DNA of 13,609 nt. It comes from a virus. Location: the IMG/VR virus record IMGVR_UViG_3300036894_000016, positions 1 through 13,609 of that record, one strand, 5' to 3'. Each line of letters opens with the position of its first letter. Position 1 is the stretch's first letter. The position numbers and the translations under genes were made by a program. Positions 8,516-13,609 of this stretch are shown here, piece after piece. Below the pieces are notes generated by a model. It did not search any database and was not told the origin of the DNA. It was given only the letters and a program-made list of their open reading frames with translations.

Positions 8516-9259
8516 TTATGGTCTTGAAGAAATCAATTGTGCTCCTGTAATCGCAACACTTGTTACTGGATTTAAATTACGATATATTACCGCTGCATTC
8601 ATTCCATATCCGATAATTCGGTCATACCAACGTGGGTTAGTTAATTTTTTAAAATTACCAGTAATCGCATCAAAATTAGATGCAATCTGATTTGAATCTT
8701 TCATAAGCGCCGGAAAACCGGTATTAAATGTTTTGGAAGCATCACTAACATCCCTTGCCGTATATCTCAAATTTGTTAATAAATCCGTTGTTAAATTCTG
8801 CCAACATAATTCATTTACCATACAATCTGTTTGCGTATTAAATCTTGAAGCCACTTGTGCGGGAACCACTGAATAAACGGCTGTTAATGTTGCAATATTG
8901 GTATTTAAAGTTGTTTCTTGGTTATTTAAATTTTTATTAAACAATGCCAATTGGTCATTTAAAATTTGGTTTGAATTATTTATTACAGGTGTTAAATTAT
9001 CAATTCGTTTAAAAGTATCTACCTGAATACTACCAACTCTCTTATTCGTTTTATCGAATAATCTAGTTGCAAATTCTTGGAGACTATTTGCGCGTGTATC
9101 AATTAATTTAACTGTATCTGTTCTTAATGCGCTAACTTGTATTATAGCATCTCGATGAAAGGATGTCAATTGGTGGTTAATGATAAATGGAGTATAAAAA
9201 AAAGCAAATGCAATACATAAAAACATTATACCTTTAGTTATTAAAATAAATCGTGTCAT
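8516..9259 (-). CDS. Hypothetical membrane-anchored protein with one N-terminal hydrophobic segment and a long helical/coiled-coil-like ectodomain
   Basis: 'ILITKGIMFLCIAFAFFYTPFII' hydrophobic stretch at the N-terminus; start overlaps the stop of the thioredoxin-like gene (9256-9259). Confidence 0.75.
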   Translation of the reverse strand: MTRFILITKGIMFLCIAFAFFYTPFIINHQLTSFHRDAIIQVSALRTDTVKLIDTRANSLQEFATRLFDKTNKRVGSIQVDTFKRIDNLTPVINNSNQILNDQLALFNKNLNNQETTLNTNIATLTAVYSVVPAQVASRFNTQTDCMVNELCWQNLTTDLLTNLRYTARDVSDASKTFNTGFPALMKDSNQIASNFDAITGNFKKLTNPRWYDRIIGYGMNAAVIYRNLNPVTSVAITGAQLISSRP

Positions 9260-9564
9260 TTATTTCCTATTAATATATTCCATTGATCTGTAAACGTACA
9301 ACTATATATCATTGAAATAGTTCGTCCATTTTTTATTCCAAAAATTATTGGCATCGCTCTAACAGAAAACTTATTTACCAATTCTCTTTCAACATCATAA
9401 TCAACCGAGAAAAATTTTATATCTGGATTTGATTCTATCTGTGATTCCAAATAATTTTTAGAATCCATGCCAATAACATCCCAAGTGGCTGTAAAAAATA
9501 ATATAACAGTCCCTTGATAATCGGCTACTTCCGCTTGATAATCTTTTAATGTTAATGGTTTCAT
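9256..9564 (-). CDS. Thioredoxin-fold protein lacking the CxxC redox motif
   Basis: 'TVILFFTATWDVIGMDSKNYLE...IKFFSVDYDVERELVNKFSVRAMPIIFGIKNGR' follows thioredoxin layout including the cis-Pro ('RAMPII') but WCGPC is replaced by WDVIG; RBS AAGGA upstream. Confidence 0.8.
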   Translation of the reverse strand: MKPLTLKDYQAEVADYQGTVILFFTATWDVIGMDSKNYLESQIESNPDIKFFSVDYDVERELVNKFSVRAMPIIFGIKNGRTISMIYSCTFTDQWNILIGNK

Positions 9565-9581
9565 ATTTTTCCTTCATAAAA

Positions 9582-9655
9582 TGGCGGGGGCGAAAGGAAT
9601 TGAACCCTTATCCGCGGGTTTGGAATCCGTTATCTTACCGTTAAACGACACCCCC
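9582..9655 (-). tRNA. tRNA-Trp(CCA), CCA end encoded, imperfect anticodon stem
   Basis: Acceptor GGGGGTG/CGCCCCC, discriminator G + CCA; D arm GTTT-AACGGTA-AGAT; anticodon loop TTCCAAA; T arm AAGGG-TTCAATT-CCTTT. Confidence 0.75.
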
Positions 9656-9662
9656 ATTTTAG

Positions 9663-9735
9663 TGGCTTCAGTAGTACTCGAACCCACGTATCCGGCTTTT
9701 TCAGACCGGCGCTTTACCATCTAAGTTATAAAGCC
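9663..9735 (-). tRNA. tRNA-Phe(GAA)-like with an 8-nt anticodon loop (CTGAAAAA); CCA not encoded
   Basis: Acceptor GGCTTTA/TGAAGCC, discriminator A; anticodon stem CCGGT/GCCGG; T arm GTGGG-TTCGAGT-ACTAC. Confidence 0.7.
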
Positions 9736-9820
9736 AGATGGAATCAAAAATGAGGACGCCAAGAATAGACATTCGTGGCCGTAATTATTCTCGTTTTCAT
9801 AAACATCTATCCCTTCATTA

Positions 9821-9946
9821 TTATTTATCTAATCGATTAGTAAAAATATGGCTATTCATTGCTTCTTTCCAAGTCCAATAAATATGAAGACTTCCATGAT
9901 ACCATAATTCCCACATACCATTTTGTTTTTTAATTTTCGGTTTCAT
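9821..9946 (-). CDS. Small hypothetical ORF, 41 aa (MKPKIKKQNGMWELWYHGSLHIYWTWKEAMNSHIFTNRLDK), not in supplied track
   Basis: ATG to TAA open frame on the minus strand; its start overlaps the end of the 58-aa ORF by 17 nt. Confidence 0.4.
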   Translation of the reverse strand: MKPKIKKQNGMWELWYHGSLHIYWTWKEAMNSHIFTNRLDK

Positions 9947-10106
9947 TCTTCTTAACTGGAAAATAATTAGAATCTTCTACCATACATTTTCCTATTTGAC
10001 CAACTGGAAGTCTTTCCACATAATCACATGCCTCTTGATATGTATCAAATGACGCAATTATCTTTTTAGACTTACATAATCGAAATCGTTTCAATTCTTT
10101 TTTCAT
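9930..10106 (-). CDS. Small hypothetical ORF, 58 aa (MKKELKRFRLCKSKKIIASFDTYQEACDYVERLPVGQIGKCMVEDSNYFPVKKNETEN), not in supplied track
   Basis: Complete open frame filling an otherwise empty gap; protein-like composition. Confidence 0.5.
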   Translation of the reverse strand: MKKELKRFRLCKSKKIIASFDTYQEACDYVERLPVGQIGKCMVEDSNYFPVKKNETEN

Positions 10107-10117
10107 AATATTTTTTA

Positions 10118-10167
10118 TGGTAGCCCTGAAGAGATTTGAACGCGTCTGCCAATTCTGCCACAGGGCT
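10118..10167 (-). pseudogene. Truncated tRNA-Leu-like element (about 50 nt) with acceptor stem, D arm, T loop and encoded CCA but no anticodon or variable arm
   Basis: Minus strand AGCCCTG-TG-GCAGAATTGGCAGACGCG-TTCAAAT-CTCTT-CAGGGCT-A-CCA; 5' part matches tRNA-Leu 'GGCGGAATTGGTAGACGCG', 3' part is a T loop and perfect 7-bp acceptor partner. Confidence 0.7.
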
Positions 10168-10176
10168 ACTCTTCAT

Positions 10177-10392
10177 TTACTTCTTTTTTTGAACAGTTGT
10201 TCTCAATGTGGCTGATGGTTTAGAACTAATATCATAAACCCTTACCAATTCATATACACCAACCGATATACCATCATCACCATCCAATAAATCCTTCAAT
10301 ACAGATGGTTTCTTTAAATCAGATTCTAATTGATCTATAAATTCATAACAACCTTCAAACATCAAACCAACCTTCTTAAATGTTTCTGACAT
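10177..10392 (-). CDS. Hypothetical protein, 71 aa
   Basis: Open frame with AAAGAGG RBS region upstream and a candidate promoter about 50-90 nt upstream. Confidence 0.7.
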   Translation of the reverse strand: MSETFKKVGLMFEGCYEFIDQLESDLKKPSVLKDLLDGDDGISVGVYELVRVYDISSKPSATLRTTVQKKK

Positions 10393-10452
10393 AATTTTAT
10401 CCTCTTTTCAAAATAATCGCTTCCTTATTATGTAATTTTCATAATATAACAA

Positions 10453-10481
10453 ATATTAACATATAAACTATTGGATGTCAA
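10453..10481 (-). promoter_or_regulatory. Candidate sigma70 promoter TTGACA (10481..10476) - N17 - TAATAT (10458..10453) with TGT immediately 5' of the -10
   Basis: 6/6 -35, 17-nt spacer, extended -10 TG, 4/6 -10; lies immediately after the 263-aa ORF and upstream of the 71-aa ORF. Confidence 0.5.
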
Positions 10482-11269
10482 ATGATTTCTAGTGCAGTTC
10501 CACATACTCCACAATATTTCATTGTAGATTTATTAGACTTACCACAAGTAGAACAAACCAATTTAGTTCTTACCACTACAGGAGTTTTTACTAAATGATC
10601 TTTATCTTGACCACATAACCGAAGAATAACAACTTCACTTTGATTATCAGTTGGAAACCAATTACCAGATACAAATTGTTGATTACTCTCACTACCAGGA
10701 ACTGTAATACCCGGATCTACATTATTACACATATTCATTGTATTTGTCGATGTAGATAAATTATTAGAAACACTACTACCAGTTGATTGCTGTGCCATAA
10801 AACAATTTACACTAATAGCACTAGCACATTGTGGATATTGTAGATATGATCCATTTGGATATGGCCACCATACATATGGATCATAATAGTGAACTGAACT
10901 CCGAACTACTGGGAGCGGTTGCTCTGTCCAATATTCAATACGCACAATTCCATCATCCACTCGAATACCACGATAATCTTCAATTTCCGTAGTACGCTTA
11001 ATGAATTTGAATCGGTTTCCTTTATTTAAATTACCATTTCGAATAAACCGTTCTAATTCAAGTTCAGAATTAGGTTCGATAATAAGTGAATTTCCATCCG
11101 TTACATCAGCGCCATCGATGGACACCTTTACCATTACACGCAGGGATTTTAAATTTTTAATTAATATTGAATATTCTTTTCCGAATGGAAGGAATACTTG
11201 ATCTTTTACTTCTCGTAAGACTTTACCACCTGTTTTTATACAAGCGACTAGTCCGGTTCTATAGGTCAT
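10478..11269 (-). CDS. Conserved phage-type hypothetical protein with C-terminal zinc ribbon
   Basis: 'VKDQVFLPFGKEYSILIKNLKSLRVMVKVSIDGADVTDGNSLIIEPNSELELERFI...KGNRFKFIKRT' plus C-terminal 'LVCSTCGKSNKSTMKYCGVCGTAL'; RBS AAAGGAG upstream. Confidence 0.85.
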   Translation of the reverse strand: MTYRTGLVACIKTGGKVLREVKDQVFLPFGKEYSILIKNLKSLRVMVKVSIDGADVTDGNSLIIEPNSELELERFIRNGNLNKGNRFKFIKRTTEIEDYRGIRVDDGIVRIEYWTEQPLPVVRSSVHYYDPYVWWPYPNGSYLQYPQCASAISVNCFMAQQSTGSSVSNNLSTSTNTMNMCNNVDPGITVPGSESNQQFVSGNWFPTDNQSEVVILRLCGQDKDHLVKTPVVVRTKLVCSTCGKSNKSTMKYCGVCGTALEII

Positions 11270-11287
11270 TTTATTTCTCCTTTTAAC

Positions 11288-11340
11288 AGCCTACCGACTA
11301 AAGGCTCTTTGTTTTTAAGTCGGATTAGTTATACTGACTT
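11288..11340 (-). repeat. Cluster of overlapping, mutually exclusive short inverted repeats in the 5' leader of the zinc-ribbon gene
   Basis: Minus strand: AAGTC...GACTT (11340-11317), CCGACT...AGTCGG (11323-11294), AGCCT...AGGCT (11306-11288), followed by AAAGGAG and ATG at 11269. Confidence 0.45.
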
Positions 11341-11351
11341 AATATAATTTC

Positions 11352-11425
11352 TGGCTCCCAGCGAGGTATTCGAAACCCCATCTTTCGGTTAACAGCCGAA
11401 TATCCTACCATTGAACGATCCGGGA
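11352..11425 (-). tRNA. tRNA-Asn(GTT), CCA encoded
   Basis: Anticodon arm TTCGG-CTGTTAA-CCGAA perfect; D arm GTTC-AATGGTA-GGAT; T arm GGGGT-TTCGAAT-ACCTC; acceptor TCCCGGA/GCTGGGA (one mismatch), G73, CCA. Confidence 0.88.
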
Positions 11426-11436
11426 GCAATTTAAAG

Positions 11437-11509
11437 AGCGGTTGGAGAGAATCGAACTCTCATATCTTGAGATCGGAAATCTCAGGCCCAACCATTAGAC
11501 CACAACCGC
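11437..11509 (-). tRNA. tRNA-Gly(TCC), CCA not encoded
   Basis: Acceptor GCGGTTG/CAACCGC perfect, anticodon arm TGAGA-TTTCCGA-TCTCA, T arm GAGAG-TTCGATT-CTCTC, discriminator T. Confidence 0.93.
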
Positions 11510-11513
11510 AAAT

Positions 11514-11588
11514 TGGCAGGGAGTAAAGGATTCGAACCTCTAACATGAAGATTCAAAGTCTTCCGTTCTACCATTGAACTAACCCCCT
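11514..11588 (-). tRNA. tRNA-Gln(TTG), CCA encoded
   Basis: Acceptor AGGGGGT/ACTCCCT, D arm GTTC-AATGGTA-GAAC, anticodon arm GAAGA-CTTTGAA-TCTTC, T arm AGAGG-TTCGAAT-CCTTT, G73, CCA. Confidence 0.93.
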
Positions 11589-11591
11589 AAA

Positions 11592-11963
11592 TCACCCCAT
11601 ACTTGAAGGAGAAGCACCAGAATAATTTCCACCATCCGGCTGATAAATCCCTTCTGGATCCTGTTTATGTAATTCTTTCCCCTTATCACGTGGCCGGTAT
11701 TTTTCTTCAGTTTCAATTGATTTTGATGGTTTATTATTTAAAAAATCTTTAAGTGAATTATCATCCATCGCACCAACACATATAACAACACCCTCAAACA
11801 TAAAATGCCATTCATTTCCAGGAAGATCAATCAATAATTCTTGATAATCTCCATATAAAAATGAAATATGACCGTCGGCACCTTTATAAGGTCCTCTATA
11901 TCCATGACTCCGTAAAATGGAAGTTTGATATGCCTGATTATGAAATTCTTTATAAGTCTTCAT
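11592..11963 (-). CDS. Hypothetical protein, 123 aa
   Basis: Open frame immediately upstream of the tRNA cluster on the same strand. Confidence 0.7.
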   Translation of the reverse strand: MKTYKEFHNQAYQTSILRSHGYRGPYKGADGHISFLYGDYQELLIDLPGNEWHFMFEGVVICVGAMDDNSLKDFLNNKPSKSIETEEKYRPRDKGKELHKQDPEGIYQPDGGNYSGASPSSMG

Positions 11964-11988
11964 AATATTATTTAGTTCTCATACTCGG

Positions 11989-12144
11989 TCATATCGTTGC
12001 TTCTAATAAATAATCAATTACAATTTGAGCAGCTTCACCACTTGCAAAATCTCCATCTTTATTTGAAATTTCTAATGGAGAAAAACAATCAATACTCCAA
12101 TCCAATCTTTCAATTACATCTTTTTCTATTTTAGATAGTTCCAT
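11989..12144 (-). CDS. Small hypothetical protein, 51 aa (MELSKIEKDVIERLDWSIDCF...); the track start at 12177 is probably too far upstream
   Basis: AAAGGAT RBS-like sequence precedes the internal ATG at 12144. Confidence 0.6.
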   Translation of the reverse strand: MELSKIEKDVIERLDWSIDCFSPLEISNKDGDFASGEAAQIVIDYLLEATI

Positions 12145-12535
12145 AATTATAATCCTTTGATGGTTTAAATAATACACTCGGTTCTATTAACCCATCAATT
12201 TCCATAGAAATTGCCAAACATTCACGAATCGGATCCGATCCAAGTGCCGCTTGAATTGCTACTCGTTTTACAAAACTCAATGGTTTACATTGTAATATTA
12301 CATGTGTACCAGTACCAGATTTAGATTTCCAGCGATCAAGTTCCTTTAATTCTAATTGTACAGCAACTACGGGCAAAACTTTTTCATAAGTTTTTAATGC
12401 TTGTTCGTCATCTAAATCCAATAAAAGCCTATCTATGTTAGAATGTATTACTTCAAATCCATTTATTTCGGCTTCTTTAATTGCCGATTCAATAGACCAA
12501 CACATATATTTTCCATCATTAGTAAATAAATCCAT
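12131..12535 (-). CDS. Small AEP/PrimPol-like protein (tentative), 134 aa; start more likely at 12535 (MDLFTNDGKYMCW...) than at 12595
   Basis: 'RLLLDLDDEQAL' and 'WKSKSGTGTHVILQCKPLSFVKRVAIQAALGSDPIRECLAISMEIDGLIEPSVLFKP'; GGTGAT RBS-like sequence before 12535 and no overlap with the ligase gene from that start. Confidence 0.55.
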   Translation of the reverse strand: MDLFTNDGKYMCWSIESAIKEAEINGFEVIHSNIDRLLLDLDDEQALKTYEKVLPVVAVQLELKELDRWKSKSGTGTHVILQCKPLSFVKRVAIQAALGSDPIRECLAISMEIDGLIEPSVLFKPSKDYNYGTI

Positions 12536-12539
12536 ATCA

Positions 12540-13609
12540 TCACCTATCACGTGGGTCCCGAAATCCAACCGACCTTGGAAATCTTGGAATTCCATCTTTG
12601 GTCAAATTCTGAAAAACTACTTTAAGCAATTTACCAATATATTTCTTTCCATCTGTAAAATACTCTTCTCGTTTTTCAGCCGATGCTTTAGGAACAACTT
12701 TAAATTCTTTACCATTTTCAGTCTTACAAATCCAAATAACTGAATTTGCCATTTTACCTACACCATGTTCAAAATTTACAATCTTATATTCAGCATCTTG
12801 CGAAGATTTTACTTTTTGGAGATCACTTGATCGATGGCCAAATAAATATTCTCCATTTAAATTACGGACAATTGCACCTTCATATCCCTCTTCAGTAAAT
12901 ATTTCTTCCATTTCCAAAACATGCTTTTCATTATATATGATATATGTCGGAACTAATCTCAAATATGCACTTTCATATTCTGGTGCATCAGGATTTAATT
13001 TATCAAAAAATTTCTCTAAATTATCTTTTCTATTTTTCCAAATATCACGCTTACCATTTTCATCAATTGGCATATCAAATATATGATATTCTAATTGATC
13101 GGTTTCTCCTTTATGGTACTTCTTGGCCCAGGAAGTCAAAGATTCAAAATCCACACCATGAATATATAATTCACCATCAAGAACCATTTCTTGTGGCATT
13201 ACTTTTTCTAAATCGGCTATAATATGCTTTGGAGCAATCCATTCTTTTCCACTGCGAGTTCCAAGAACCACATGACCATCTTCCCAATAAGCCATTGCTC
13301 GAACACCATCTAATTTTGGTTGGCAATCACACGGATATTCAATTCCACGACCTTTTTTCTTTTTAAAATCATGTGCCAACATCGGCAAAAAGATTTCTAT
13401 TTGTGCTGCTTCTTTAGTCTCCGAATACTTACGTTCTTTTTTAAAAACCCACATAGATTTAGCTTCTAAAATCGCTTGTTCAGTGGCAGTAGTAGCATTC
13501 GCACGACCAACATTCTTTACAGTCGCTTTCTTTGGTGATAATTGAAGTTTACCGCCCACTTGTCCATGTTCCGTATAAATGGTATCTCCGATAGTCCAGA
13601 TTTTCCACT
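12540..13609 (-). CDS. ATP-dependent DNA ligase with N-terminal WGR-like segment; 5' end is outside the window
   Basis: Ligase nucleotidyltransferase motif I 'CQPKLDGVRA', 'VLDGELY', 'EGAIVRN', 'QKVKSS..AEYKIV'. The frame continues open upstream of the track's GTG start: 'WKIWTIGDTIYTEHGQVGGKLQLSPKKATVKNVGRANATTATEQAILEAKSMW', a WGR-like pattern. Confidence 0.92.
   Translation of the reverse strand, partial: WKIWTIGDTIYTEHGQVGGKLQLSPKKATVKNVGRANATTATEQAILEAKSMWVFKKERKYSETKEAAQIEIFLPMLAHDFKKKKGRGIEYPCDCQPKLDGVRAMAYWEDGHVVLGTRSGKEWIAPKHIIADLEKVMPQEMVLDGELYIHGVDFESLTSWAKKYHKGETDQLEYHIFDMPIDENGKRDIWKNRKDNLEKFFDKLNPDAPEYESAYLRLVPTYIIYNEKHVLEMEEIFTEEGYEGAIVRNLNGEYLFGHRSSDLQKVKSSQDAEYKIVNFEHGVGKMANSVIWICKTENGKEFKVVPKASAEKREEYFTDGKKYIGKLLKVVFQNLTKDGIPRFPRSVGFRDPRDR

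Noticed and set aside
9582-9655. Reading the Trp tRNA as tRNA-Gly(TCC)
   Set aside because: Shifting the loop to ATTCCAA destroys the anticodon stem, and the discriminator G fits Trp rather than Gly.
9736-9820. Possible additional tRNA or ORF between tRNA-Phe and the micro-ORFs
   Set aside because: No cloverleaf could be drawn; only a 20-aa frame exists.
11288-11323. Rho-independent terminator (plus strand hairpin followed by CTTTGTTTTT)
   Set aside because: Only a 5-bp stem with a 9-nt loop and an interrupted T tract, and no plus-strand gene upstream that would use it.
12435-13222. Plus-strand ORFs 12435..12743 and 12944..13222
   Set aside because: Antisense to the ligase and AEP-like genes, no motif support.
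1-13609. CRISPR array, transposon, integrase, toxin-antitoxin or known defence genes
   Set aside because: No regularly spaced repeats, transposase/integrase motifs or recognisable defence domains were seen on either strand.

Overview
The window looks like part of the replication and accessory region of a T4-superfamily (myovirus-like) phage. Nearly all genes are on the minus strand and tightly packed, often with ATGA or RBS-in-gene overlaps. From left to right I can support: a DnaB/gp41-type replicative helicase, three hypothetical ORFs (one with a weak PD-(D/E)XK-like signature), a UvsX/RecA-type recombinase, an HD-domain (YfbR-like) nucleotide phosphohydrolase, a dATP/dGTP diphosphohydrolase-N-like (DUF5664-like) protein, a family-B DNA polymerase (gp43-like), a single plus-strand GH24 lysozyme, two hypotheticals (one with an N-terminal membrane segment), a thioredoxin-fold protein lacking the CxxC active site, two tRNA islands (Trp, Phe / Asn, Gly, Gln) plus a drastically truncated tRNA-Leu-like element, a conserved-looking protein with a C-terminal zinc ribbon, several small ORFs, an AEP/PrimPol-like small protein, and an ATP-dependent DNA ligase with an N-terminal WGR-like segment that runs off the right edge. 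The observations most worth a second look are: (1) a four-Cys zinc-ribbon insertion in the DNA polymerase; (2) a redox-dead thioredoxin; (3) a 50-nt tRNA-Leu-like element with no anticodon arm but a perfect acceptor stem, encoded CCA and pseudoknot potential; (4) a tRNA-Phe candidate with an 8-nt anticodon loop; (5) a perfect TTGACA-N17-TATAAT (extended -10) promoter driving the polymerase; (6) the ligase/AEP-like gene pair. I found no CRISPR array, transposon or recognisable defence island. All family calls are from reading motifs by eye; no database search was run.
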